DNA of 36,211 nucleotides from Candidatus Nomurabacteria bacterium (GTDB lineage: Bacteria; Patescibacteriota; Minisyncoccia; Phycocordibacterales; UBA9973): positions 1-36,211 of the forward strand of contig CALRBJ010000004.1 of assembly GCA_943354205.1 (NCBI GenBank), written 5' to 3'. Shown piece by piece: positions 14,707-22,641 of this stretch. Position numbers and translations under genes: made by a program. The notes beneath the pieces are model-generated. The model did not search any database. It saw nothing but the letters and a program-made list of their open reading frames with translations, and had not been told where the DNA came from. Position 1 is the first letter of the stretch, and each line of letters begins with the position of its first letter.

Positions 14707-16113
14707 TTATTTAATTTTTGTCAACTTCTGCCCATCAGCAGTATCTTTTACTAGATAGCCTAAATTTTCAATTTCTTGGCGGAGGGAGTCGGATTTGGCG
14801 AAATCTTTTTCGGCGCGGGCTTGGTCGCGGGCTTTTATAAGGTCGGCGACGGTAGAAGGAATTTCTAATTCTTTCAAATCAGCAAAACCAAGGCCGAGTA
14901 CTTCATCCATTTTTAATATTGTCGCGCGTTTGGTTTCGGCGGAAATATTTTCATCTTTCATAAGTTCAAAGAGGCTCGCCACGGCGCGTGAAGTATCCAA
15001 ATCGTCATTTATAAAATTGGTGAATTTTTCTATATAGGTTGTGTCAGCCCCAGAGGTCGGACCTCGGACTCCTAAGAGGTCCGACCTCGAACCCAAACTC
15101 AAAAATTGCTCTTGTAATTTTGAAAGGGCAGTGGCTACACCTTCTAATGCTTCCCAATTAAAAGAAACTGGCGAGCGGTAGTGCGCCATTAAAAGCCACA
15201 AGCGATAGGCGAGTGGAGAAATATTTTTTTCAGTGATGAAAGAGAGTGTTAAAAAATTTTCTCCAGACTTTGCCATCTTGCCTCCTTCCATATTTACCCA
15301 TTCGTTGTGGAGCCAATATCGGGCGAAAGGAATCTTGCCGGTGGCCGCTTCGGATTGGGCAATTTCATTTGTATGGTGTACGGGTATATGTTCAATTCCT
15401 CCAGTATGAATATCAAATTGCTCGCCCAAATATTTCATACTCATAGCCGAGCATTCTATGTGCCAGCCGGGAAAGCCTTGGCCCCATGGCGATGGGTAGC
15501 CCATTTCTCCGGTTGAGAATTTCCAAAGCGCGAAATCGCGCACATTTTTTTTCTCGCTATTTGGCGCGAGACGGCTTTCACCATCTTCCTGTTTGTGGCC
15601 GGTGAGCTTGCCATAGTCGGGAAGTCGCTCGGTGTCAAAATACACTCCGTCGCTCGTGGTATACGTAAAACCTTTTTTCTCTAAAGTTTCTACCAATTCA
15701 ATATCGCGTCGAATGTGTTCAGATGCTTTTGGCAAATGATTTGGTCGTTTGATATTGAGGGCATCCAAATCTTCCACAAATTTCTCGGTATAAAAATCAG
15801 CGAGCTCCTTCATGCCTTCCATAGATAGCGGTTTGCCTTCGCGAATGAGGCCCTTGGTCATTTTGTCTTCGCCCAAATCCCCATCGCTCACAAGGTGGCC
15901 GATGTCGGTAATGTTTATGACTTGCTCTACTTTGTACCCATTCCATTCGAGCGCTCGGCGCAAAACATCAGCAAAGACATATGGGCGGAGGTTGCCTATG
16001 TGCGCGTAGTTGTAAACGGTCGGTCCGCAATTGTACATGCCGACTAGATCTTTATTTATGGGTTCAAAAATTTCTTTCTTGCGCCCGAGGGTGTTGTAGA
16101 GTTCTAAAGCCAT
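14707..16113 (-). CDS. cysS: Cysteine--tRNA ligase
   Basis: HIGN (HIGH-type) in CGPTVYNYAHIGNLR. KMAKS (KMSKS-type). DDLDT anticodon-domain motif. Contains the 36-nt hairpin at 15053-15088 in its linker region. Confidence 0.96.
   Translation of the reverse strand: MALELYNTLGRKKEIFEPINKDLVGMYNCGPTVYNYAHIGNLRPYVFADVLRRALEWNGYKVEQVINITDIGHLVSDGDLGEDKMTKGLIREGKPLSMEGMKELADFYTEKFVEDLDALNIKRPNHLPKASEHIRRDIELVETLEKKGFTYTTSDGVYFDTERLPDYGKLTGHKQEDGESRLAPNSEKKNVRDFALWKFSTGEMGYPSPWGQGFPGWHIECSAMSMKYLGEQFDIHTGGIEHIPVHHTNEIAQSEAATGKIPFARYWLHNEWVNMEGGKMAKSGENFLTLSFITEKNISPLAYRLWLLMAHYRSPVSFNWEALEGVATALSKLQEQFLSLGSRSDLLGVRGPTSGADTTYIEKFTNFINDDLDTSRAVASLFELMKDENISAETKRATILKMDEVLGLGFADLKELEIPSTVADLIKARDQARAEKDFAKSDSLRQEIENLGYLVKDTADGQKLTKIK
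15053..15088. repeat. Perfect 13-bp inverted repeat (gaggtcggacctc / gaggtccgacctc) with a 10-nt loop, in frame inside cysS
   Basis: 15076-15088 is the exact reverse complement of 15053-15065. 36 nt equals 12 codons, encoding about RSDLLGVRGPT. GC-rich compared with the flanks. Confidence 0.9.
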
Positions 16114-17015
16114 TTCTTTCGTCTAAAGTAGATAAGCATAAGGAGCACGACCATGCCCATGACGGCTAAAATACTAAAGAAGTCGTGCAAATCTTTTATA
16201 AATATAACATTGCTATCCATCGAGAATATGGCGGCGATGAGCGAGAGGGGCATCATCACAAAGCTCATGATGGTCAGGGTCTTTATGGTGTCGGTGGTTT
16301 TGAGCGAGAGGAGGGAATCGTTCGTCTCGCGAAGTTCATTCAAGATTTCTTTGTGGCTGTCTAGAGTGTTTTTTACTTTTTCGTATTCGCCCAAAATGGA
16401 AGCGGAGTGATAAGAAAAATCTTTACCCAAGAAAATTTTCGAAGCTTCGTCGAAGGATTGCAAAGTTTCTTTGTGAAAGCGCGTGGCTTGGCGGATGTCT
16501 ACCAGCATTCTATTTGTCCTAGAAATCATTTGCACCATTTTCGATTCTTGGCCGGCGAAAATATTGCGTTCGATTTCCATCAGCGTGCCGTTTATATCTT
16601 CGAGCTCGGTTTCGGTATGCTTGTAAAGCTCGCGCATGATGTAGAAGAAAAGGTAGCCGGCGTGCTCGCCCATGTCGCTCTTGTCTAAAATAGAATTTAC
16701 TTCAAATACTTTAGAAAAATCGTGGAGCGGGTCGACAAATTCGTAGTGGGTGGTGATGAGGAAATCCTTGCCAATGACAAAGTCGATCTCGGCTTCGGTG
16801 CTCGGCCCATGCTTGTGCGAGACGGTAGGGAAATGGAGTATGAGATATATGGCATTCCTGTAGAGGTCTACTTTTGAGCGGGTGGTTTTTATGGAAAGCT
16901 CTTCGGCCACCAAGGGCGGGAGTTCGTATTCTTCTTTTATGTGGAGCACCTCTTCTTTGGTCGGCGACTCCAAGTCTATCCAGGTGAGGTTCTTGTATTT
17001 GTATTTAGAAATCAT
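16104..17015 (-). CDS. CorA-like divalent cation transporter with a non-canonical pore motif (SMD in place of GMN)
   Basis: CorA architecture: a soluble N-domain and two C-terminal TM helices, TLTIMSFVMMPLSLIAAIFSMDSNVIF...YFRRKKWL. The motif codons lie at 16215-16223. The stop overlaps the cysS start by 10 nt. Confidence 0.8.
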   Translation of the reverse strand: MISKYKYKNLTWIDLESPTKEEVLHIKEEYELPPLVAEELSIKTTRSKVDLYRNAIYLILHFPTVSHKHGPSTEAEIDFVIGKDFLITTHYEFVDPLHDFSKVFEVNSILDKSDMGEHAGYLFFYIMRELYKHTETELEDINGTLMEIERNIFAGQESKMVQMISRTNRMLVDIRQATRFHKETLQSFDEASKIFLGKDFSYHSASILGEYEKVKNTLDSHKEILNELRETNDSLLSLKTTDTIKTLTIMSFVMMPLSLIAAIFSMDSNVIFIKDLHDFFSILAVMGMVVLLMLIYFRRKKWL

Positions 17016-17022
17016 GAGGTTA

Positions 17023-17028
17023 ATTATA
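17023..17028 (-). promoter_or_regulatory. -10 TATAAT (minus strand), 7 nt before the corA-like ATG
   Basis: Minus strand reads tttataat-taacctc-ATG. Confidence 0.45.
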
Positions 17029-17039
17029 AACTAAATGCA

Positions 17040-17205
17040 TTAGAATTCCACCCCTCCCCGCTTTGGCTCCCGCCAAATGCGACCCTCCCCTTGGCAATGG
17101 GAGGGAAGAATTCAAGAAACAAGTGTATTCTCCGCATTCCACCCCTCGCATTTATAAGGAGAGGGGTCTACTTGCCTGGGGAGGCAAGAGGGGGTGAGGT
17201 GCAGA
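17040..17205. other. Orphan GC-rich structured intergenic element (candidate small RNA or decayed repeat element)
   Basis: 12-nt direct repeat attccacccctc at 17045-17056 and 17136-17147. Hairpins lie at 17060-17080, 17083-17105 (ccctccc/gggaggg), 17142-17166 (cccctc/gagggg) and 17171-17188 (cttgcct/aggcaag). Alternative long-range pairing gaattc..ccctccc / gggaggg..gaattc spans 17043-17113. The element lies upstream of both flanking promoters. Confidence 0.35.
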
Positions 17206-17207
17206 GG

Positions 17208-17235
17208 TTGCATTATATTTAAAATCATGTAATAT
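17208..17235 (+). promoter_or_regulatory. rplU promoter: TTGCAT, 16-nt spacer, tgTAATAT
   Basis: -35 at 17208-17213 and -10 at 17230-17235. 10 nt (atcactcact) to ATG 17246. Confidence 0.55.
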
Positions 17236-17245
17236 ATCACTCACT

Positions 17246-17614
17246 ATGGCTACAAAGGCTATCAAAACTAAAAAGACAAAGACCGAGGCGGCAGTCGGCG
17301 ATTTCGCTGTCATAAAGACCGGCGGAAAGCAGTATTTTGCCAAAGAAGGCGGAATCCTAAAGATTGAAAAGCTCGCTGGTTCTTTTAAGGTAGGCGATGC
17401 TATCACCTTTGACGAAGTCCTCATGACCGACGATGGTTCTACCTCTATATTCGGTGCTCCTATGATTAAAGGCGCAAAGGTAACCGCTACTCTCGAAGAA
17501 GAAGGTCGCGATAAAAAGGTGACCACTATCAAATACAAGCAAAAGTCTCGCTACTTCAAAAAAACCGGCCACCGTCAGCCATACATGAAAGTAAAGATAA
17601 CTTCTATAAAATAA
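17246..17614 (+). CDS. rplU: 50S ribosomal protein L21 with a short basic N-terminal extension
   Basis: FAVIKTGGKQYFAKEG...KKVTTIKYKQKSRYFKKTGHRQPYMKVKI is typical of bL21. Confidence 0.93.
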   Translation: MATKAIKTKKTKTEAAVGDFAVIKTGGKQYFAKEGGILKIEKLAGSFKVGDAITFDEVLMTDDGSTSIFGAPMIKGAKVTATLEEEGRDKKVTTIKYKQKSRYFKKTGHRQPYMKVKITSIK

Positions 17615-17645
17615 AAAAATTCCCGAATTTTCGGGAGTTTTTTTA
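17613..17645. terminator. Bidirectional terminator between rplU and rmuC
   Basis: aaaaaaa-tcccga-attt-tcggga-g-ttttttt. Confidence 0.8.
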
Positions 17646-18671
17646 TTCCTCTAAATTTGGTTTGTCTATGGCGATGGCTTCGAGTTCGGGAGCCGAGCCG
17701 GCGATGCGCATGATATCTTTGTCTACTTTTTTAAATTCTTTTCCTGAAGCGTTGTAGTGATTTACGGCGGTGGAAAGGCTGTTGCCAAGTTTGGCGTGAT
17801 ATTCATCATATGCTTTCAAATGCTTGCCGAGTTCGGCCACGCGCTTGATGATATCTTTGGCGGTTTCCTCTATTTGCATGGCGCGTAGGCCTTGAAGGAC
17901 GGTTTGCAAATAAGCGAGGAAGGAAGTAGGGGACACGATGATGACTTTGTATTTGGATGCGGCTCTTTGTATTAAATTTTCTTCATCTCCAACTTTATTT
18001 ACCAATAAATCATAATAAATAGCCTCATGGGGGATAAACATAAAAGCGAAATCCATCGTGCCATTTTCGGGCTGTATGTATTTGGAAGTCTCGGTGATGC
18101 GAAGTTTTAAATCATTTTCAAATTGCTTGGCGTATTCGGCTTTGCGAACCGGTTCCTTTTCTCCCGCCATGCGGTTGTAATTTTCTAGAGAAAATTTGGA
18201 GTCTACCGGAATAATTTTATCTTTTACAAAAACCGCCGCGTCTACAATAGTGCCATCGGGGAAACCATATTGCATTTCGTATCCGCCGGCCGGCAAGACA
18301 TTTTTCAAAAGGGCTTCCAAATAATACTCGCCCAAAATGCCGCGTTGTTTTGGATTTTTTAAAATATCTTGCAGTTCCTCCAATTGCTCGGTAAAGGAAA
18401 CCACTTGTTTGTTTGTCTCGTCCAACCTAGTCAGTTTCTCGGTCACATCTTCTATTATTTTCGTCGCTTGGTTCGACTGGTGGCGCATGCTTTCATTCAT
18501 CTGCTTTGTCGAATCAGAAAGTTTCGCATCCACCGTGCGGGTGAGCTCTTGCATGTGCGAGAGGAGTAGTTGGAGCCCAGCACTGTCTTCGCCGGATTTT
18601 TTAGGCGCTAAAAATTTGGTGGCCAGGGCGCCGACTATGAGACCAATGATTATAAATAGGGCTATTTGCAT
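17643..18671 (-). CDS. rmuC: DNA recombination protein RmuC
   Basis: N-terminal TM helix, a long coiled coil, then the RmuC nuclease-like core: DAAVFVKDKIIPVDSKFSLENY, FAFMFIPHEAIYYD, IIVSPTSFLAYLQTV. Confidence 0.9.
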   Translation of the reverse strand: MQIALFIIIGLIVGALATKFLAPKKSGEDSAGLQLLLSHMQELTRTVDAKLSDSTKQMNESMRHQSNQATKIIEDVTEKLTRLDETNKQVVSFTEQLEELQDILKNPKQRGILGEYYLEALLKNVLPAGGYEMQYGFPDGTIVDAAVFVKDKIIPVDSKFSLENYNRMAGEKEPVRKAEYAKQFENDLKLRITETSKYIQPENGTMDFAFMFIPHEAIYYDLLVNKVGDEENLIQRAASKYKVIIVSPTSFLAYLQTVLQGLRAMQIEETAKDIIKRVAELGKHLKAYDEYHAKLGNSLSTAVNHYNASGKEFKKVDKDIMRIAGSAPELEAIAIDKPNLEE

Positions 18672-18677
18672 AAAACG

Positions 18678-18686
18678 ATTTTATCA
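18678..18686 (-). promoter_or_regulatory. Extended -10 (TGATAAAAT on the minus strand), 6 nt before the rmuC ATG
   Basis: Minus strand reads tgataaaat-cgtttt-ATG. Confidence 0.6.
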
Positions 18687-18714
18687 CACTACGCGCTATT
18701 TGTTTAAAAAGTAG

Positions 18715-18743
18715 TTGACATAGTATTTGTATAGGCATAGACT
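18715..18743 (+). promoter_or_regulatory. Classical -35/-10 promoter: TTGACA, 17-nt spacer, TAGACT
   Basis: This is the only perfect TTGACA -35 hexamer I found upstream of a gene in the window (rplU and the RRM gene have TTGCAT). It gives a leader of about 37 nt to ATG 18787. Confidence 0.5.
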
Positions 18744-18786
18744 TATTTTGAACTACCCTGTTCCCTTAACCCTAAATACGCATTGC

Positions 18787-19032
18787 ATGAGTGAATCAGA
18801 CAATCTTCTGAATGAAGAAGAACTTATCCAAAAGTACCAACAGGCTATCATTGGTGCTGAAAACGACACACAACTTTCCAATGTTCTAGGCGACATTATA
18901 TTTTGTCTGGAGAAAGGAAAGATTTCAAACACACACTCATTTGTAAGTTATGTAAGTGACAAAGTAAAAAAATGGGGAGGCTACCGCTATCCACATCAGG
19001 TGGCGAAAATGCACCAACTTTGTCTCGGCTAA
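18787..19032 (+). CDS. Hypothetical 81-aa protein
   Basis: Internal ATG of track ORF 18727-19032, downstream of the predicted promoter. No recognisable family. Confidence 0.45.
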   Translation: MSESDNLLNEEELIQKYQQAIIGAENDTQLSNVLGDIIFCLEKGKISNTHSFVSYVSDKVKKWGGYRYPHQVAKMHQLCLG

Positions 19033-19041
19033 AATCCCTCC

Positions 19042-19077
19042 AAAAATCATCCCCAGCTCTCAAGCGGGGATTTTTTA
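19042..19077. terminator. Terminator hairpin between convergent genes
   Basis: aaaaatcatcccc-N11-ggggatttttt. Confidence 0.65.
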
Positions 19078-19842
19078 TACTTTAATTTTTAAATCGAGTT
19101 TACCCAAATAAGTGCGCAAGGTAAAAATCCAATCCACATCATCGGTCTCGGCTGATTCTTTTTGAGCGAGAAGCCATTCCAAATAGGCGCGGTCGGTTTT
19201 GGCCACTTCCTCCACTTTTTTGCCATTGTGCTTGCCGAATCGGAAAGTGCGTATGAGGATAGGTTTGGCAGAAATTTCTACCATCTCTTCTATGGTCTTT
19301 TCAGAATCTCCATTGTTTTTGTCCAGCATTTTTTTATACATGCGGTCGAAGAGTTTTATGAGAACGAGCACATCGCCTCCGGCATCGTGCGCGGTAGCTT
19401 CCACATCTAGATCGAGCATATAGCGGAGGACTTGGAGTTTGTAGGAAGTGATTTTTTCTTCTGTGTCCAGATGGTGGGCCAGACGCAGTGTGCAGATAAA
19501 CTTTTTGGGCGACAAATCTTCTTTTTTTAGCATACCTAAATCGAATATCGCATTGTGGGCCACGACTATGGTGTTTTCATTTTCAAATTTCTTGTGCAGT
19601 TCGGCGTGCTCCAAGCTGTATTTGAAAGCTGGTTTGTCGGCGACCATCTTGGTCGTGATATGGTGTACAGCCATAGACTCAAAGGCTATCGGCACTGGTG
19701 GTTTGTAGAGTTTGGAAACGATATCTTTGAGCTCTGGCAGTTTGTCGGCAGAGCTAGTTTCAGCATAGGCGATTTGGCACAAAAAATCTTTGGCTTCATT
19801 GCCGGTCGTCTCGGTGTCTAGAAAGATGAGGTTGTAAGGCAT
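19075..19842 (-). CDS. DEDDh 3'-5' exonuclease (DnaQ/ExoX-like) with a DUF3820-like C-terminal tail
   Basis: ExoI LIFLDTETTG, ExoII VAHNAIFDLGML, ExoIII HDAGGDVLVL. The C-terminal FGKHNGKKVEEVAKTDRAYLEWLL resembles the ExoX C-terminal domain. Confidence 0.88.
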   Translation of the reverse strand: MPYNLIFLDTETTGNEAKDFLCQIAYAETSSADKLPELKDIVSKLYKPPVPIAFESMAVHHITTKMVADKPAFKYSLEHAELHKKFENENTIVVAHNAIFDLGMLKKEDLSPKKFICTLRLAHHLDTEEKITSYKLQVLRYMLDLDVEATAHDAGGDVLVLIKLFDRMYKKMLDKNNGDSEKTIEEMVEISAKPILIRTFRFGKHNGKKVEEVAKTDRAYLEWLLAQKESAETDDVDWIFTLRTYLGKLDLKIKV

Positions 19843-19848
19843 AGGCCA

Positions 19849-19857
19849 ATTTTAACA
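19849..19857 (-). promoter_or_regulatory. Extended -10 (TGTTAAAAT on the minus strand), 6 nt before ATG 19842
   Basis: Minus strand reads tgttaaaat-tggcct-ATG. Confidence 0.6.
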
Positions 19858-19861
19858 GATT

Positions 19862-19870
19862 TGGTATAAT
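19862..19870 (+). promoter_or_regulatory. Extended -10 TGGTATAAT, 6 nt before ATG 19877
   Basis: tggtataat-cgagcc-ATG. Lies back to back with the minus-strand element 4 nt away. Confidence 0.65.
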
Positions 19871-19876
19871 CGAGCC

Positions 19877-20326
19877 ATGCTTCAAACAGAAATAAAAGCA
19901 TCTATAAAAGAAGCCATGCTAGCGAAGGACAAAGTGCGCTTGGAAGTACTGCGTTCTATCGTGGCGGCTTTTACAAACGATTTGGTGGCCAAAGGCCGAA
20001 AGCCCGACGAATCTTTGACCGATGAAGAAGTCATCGCTATCATCACTAGGCTTTCTAAGCAACGCAAGGATTCTATCGATCAGTTTACCAAAGGTGGCCG
20101 CCCTGAACTCGCGGAAAAAGAACAAGCCGAGCTCGCAGTGCTTTTAAAGTACCTTCCTGAAATGATGAGCAAAGACGAAGTGTTGAAAATCGCCCAAGCT
20201 AAAAAAGTCGAGCTCGGCATAGAAGATGCGACAAAAAAAGGCATGCTCATGTCAGCGCTGATGAAAGACCTGAAGGGTAAAGCCGATGGTATGGTAGTAA
20301 AAGAAGCAGTCGACGAACTTTTTTAA
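19877..20326 (+). CDS. GatB/YqeY domain protein
   Basis: 149 aa. IKEAMLAKDKVRLEVLRSI...LKYLP matches the YqeY-like pattern. Confidence 0.88.
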   Translation: MLQTEIKASIKEAMLAKDKVRLEVLRSIVAAFTNDLVAKGRKPDESLTDEEVIAIITRLSKQRKDSIDQFTKGGRPELAEKEQAELAVLLKYLPEMMSKDEVLKIAQAKKVELGIEDATKKGMLMSALMKDLKGKADGMVVKEAVDELF

Positions 20327-20351
20327 ATTATTAATTAAAAAATTTTAAATT

Positions 20352-20687
20352 ATGAAAATTATTTGGCATTGGTTGCTCTTGTCAGCTGCGGTGTGGGCTA
20401 CGGCGTATATTTTGCCCGGCATCTCGCTCTCTATGTGGTGGGTGGCTATTATCGTCGGCGCGTGTTTGATGTTTATAAATACTCTTATAAAACCAATTAT
20501 TTCAGTCCTTACTTTGCCGATAAACATCATCACGCTCGGACTCTTTTCTCTCATTTTAAATGGTCTTATATTTTGGCTACTCTCGCAAGCGATTCCAGGT
20601 TTTGTCATTGGTGATTTCAAATCCGCAATCATCGGTTCTATCTTGTGTTCGTTGGCATATTGGGCTGGCAAGAAAATATTTGGATAA
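20352..20687 (+). CDS. Phage-holin-family-4-like (YvlD/DUF360) membrane protein
   Basis: 111 aa. FINTLIKPIISVLTLPINIITLGLFSLILNGLIFWL is characteristic of this family. Confidence 0.8.
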   Translation: MKIIWHWLLLSAAVWATAYILPGISLSMWWVAIIVGACLMFINTLIKPIISVLTLPINIITLGLFSLILNGLIFWLLSQAIPGFVIGDFKSAIIGSILCSLAYWAGKKIFG

Positions 20688-21593
20688 ATGGCGGAAAAAA
20701 TAAAAATCATCACACATAGTGGCACCTTTCACGCAGACGAAGTCTTTGCCTGCGCGACTTTGGCTATCATTTTTGAAAAACAAGGAAAAGAATTTGAAAT
20801 CATCCGTACGCGAGATATGGAAATAATAAAAACAGGCGATGTTGTCGTAGATGTAGGCGGAATTTATGATCCAGAAAATAATAAATTCGATCACCACCAA
20901 CCCGATGGCGCCGGTACTAGAGAGGCTGGAGCAAAAATTCCCTACGCATCTTTTGGTCTAGTTTGGAAAAAATTTGGAGAGGAGGCTGCTGATTCAAAAG
21001 AAATCGCAGAAAAAATTGAATCGAAAATCGCGGTGCCGATAGATGCGGTAGATAGTGGTATACCAATTATGAATTCTAAATTTGAAGATGTTTTTGATTA
21101 TGATATTGGCCGGATTGTAGATTGTTTCGTACCATCTTGGAATGAAATAAATGTAAAAACTGACGATATGTTTTTAGAAGCTATGGGCTTAGCTCGCAAA
21201 ATTCTGGAGCGTGAAATTGTTCGTGCTAAAGGAAAACTTGAAGCAAAAAAGAAAGTGATCGAAGGATACGAAAATGCCGAGGATAAACGCGTTGTTGAAT
21301 TTAAGAATTATTATCCGTGGAAAGAATTTTTGAAACCATACCCTGAACCACTTTTTGTGGTGACTCCACGAGAGGAAGGCAAATGGCAGGCTGAAGCGGT
21401 ATTCGATGGAGACCCATATTTTATGAAGCGTAAAAAATATTTTCCAGAAGCTTGGGCTGGCTTGAGAGACGATGAAATGGCGAAAGTCACAGGAGTTGCA
21501 GATGCTGTATTTTGTCATACTCATCGCTTCTTAATCGTCGCGAAATCTCGCGAAGGAATACTCGCGCTTGTGAAAATGGCCCTAGAAAGCTAG
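20688..21593 (+). CDS. MYG1/UPF0160-family metal-dependent hydrolase
   Basis: ITHSGTFHADEVFACATL and FDHHQ motifs. The ATG immediately follows the upstream TAA. Confidence 0.88.
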   Translation: MAEKIKIITHSGTFHADEVFACATLAIIFEKQGKEFEIIRTRDMEIIKTGDVVVDVGGIYDPENNKFDHHQPDGAGTREAGAKIPYASFGLVWKKFGEEAADSKEIAEKIESKIAVPIDAVDSGIPIMNSKFEDVFDYDIGRIVDCFVPSWNEINVKTDDMFLEAMGLARKILEREIVRAKGKLEAKKKVIEGYENAEDKRVVEFKNYYPWKEFLKPYPEPLFVVTPREEGKWQAEAVFDGDPYFMKRKKYFPEAWAGLRDDEMAKVTGVADAVFCHTHRFLIVAKSREGILALVKMALES

Positions 21594-21606
21594 TATAAAA
21601 TAATAT

Positions 21607-22614
21607 ATGGCATTTATCGATGAAGTAAAACTAAATTTGAAAGCCGGCCGAGGGGGCGATGGCGTGGTGCGCTGGCGTCGTGAGAAATTCATCGACAAAG
21701 GCGGGCCCAATGGTGGCGACGGTGGTCGCGGAGGCAATGTCTATGCGCTCGCGACTCGCGATATTTTCGGCATGGCTCGGTATCGCCACCAGCGCGAATT
21801 TACAGCCGAGCGCGGTCTAGACGGCATGGGCGCGCAAAAACACGGCGCTGACGGCGCTGATTTATATTTGGAATTTCCGGTCGGCTCAGTTATAAAAAAT
21901 GATTACACTGGCGAGGAGATAGAACTTTTGGAAGAAGGTCAAAAAGAAATGCTTTTGAAAGGCGGGAGCGGCGGCTTTGGCAACGAGCACTACAAGAGCT
22001 CGACCATGACGACCCCGACCAAAGCTACCAAAGGCAAGATGGGCGAAGAAGGAAACTTTGCTGTTGAGCTTCGCCTTTTTGCCGATGTGGGATTGATCGG
22101 TTTGCCAAATGCCGGCAAGAGTTCGCTTTTAAATGCGCTGACAAATGCAAAAGCAAAAATAGGGGACTATCAATTTACTACGCTCGACCCAAACCTCGGG
22201 GATTATTTTGGATACATCATCGCCGACATTCCGGGGCTTATCGAAGGAGCGAGCGAGGGCAAGGGCCTCGGCACGAAATTCTTGCGTCATATAAAACGCA
22301 CAAAAATGCTGGTACACCTCGTGTCGTTTGAAAATGCCCGCCCGGATGATCCAGTCGGACGGGGCGCAGATATGAAAAAAGTATACAAAGAAATTCGCAA
22401 GGAATTGAAGCAATACGGCGATGGATTGGTAGATAAAAAGGAAATAATCCTTCTGACTAAAACCGATGTTTCCAATCCGAAAGATATTGAAAAAAGAGTA
22501 AAAGAATTTGAAAAACTCACCGAGAATCCTGTCTTTGCAGTCTCGCTCTACGACGACAAATCTATCAAAAAGTTTGCGGATGCGTTGATTAAAGTTTTGA
22601 AGAAAAAAAGTTAG
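21607..22614 (+). CDS. obg: GTPase Obg
   Basis: Obg fold GGDGGRGGNV. G1 GLPNAGKSSL, G3 DIPGLIEGA, G4 TKTD. Carries in-frame repeat copy B. Confidence 0.95.
   Translation: MAFIDEVKLNLKAGRGGDGVVRWRREKFIDKGGPNGGDGGRGGNVYALATRDIFGMARYRHQREFTAERGLDGMGAQKHGADGADLYLEFPVGSVIKNDYTGEEIELLEEGQKEMLLKGGSGGFGNEHYKSSTMTTPTKATKGKMGEEGNFAVELRLFADVGLIGLPNAGKSSLLNALTNAKAKIGDYQFTTLDPNLGDYFGYIIADIPGLIEGASEGKGLGTKFLRHIKRTKMLVHLVSFENARPDDPVGRGADMKKVYKEIRKELKQYGDGLVDKKEIILLTKTDVSNPKDIEKRVKEFEKLTENPVFAVSLYDDKSIKKFADALIKVLKKKS
22327..22380 (+). repeat. GC-rich palindromic in-frame module, copy B (encodes FENARPDDPVGRGADMKK)
   Basis: 38/40 nt identical to 8460-8499. Both differences are synonymous. Same codon phase. 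Confidence 0.9.
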
Positions 22615-22621
22615 AATATTT

Positions 22622-22630
22622 TGATATAAT
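22622..22630 (+). promoter_or_regulatory. Extended -10 TGATATAAT, 11 nt before ATG 22642
   Basis: Exact TGnTATAAT. Confidence 0.5.
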
Positions 22631-22641
22631 CTTTCGTATAT

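Noticed and set aside
18987-18995. DnaA-box-like ctatccaca
   Set aside because: It is a single 8/9 match inside a coding ORF, with no cluster and no adjacent AT-rich unwinding element.
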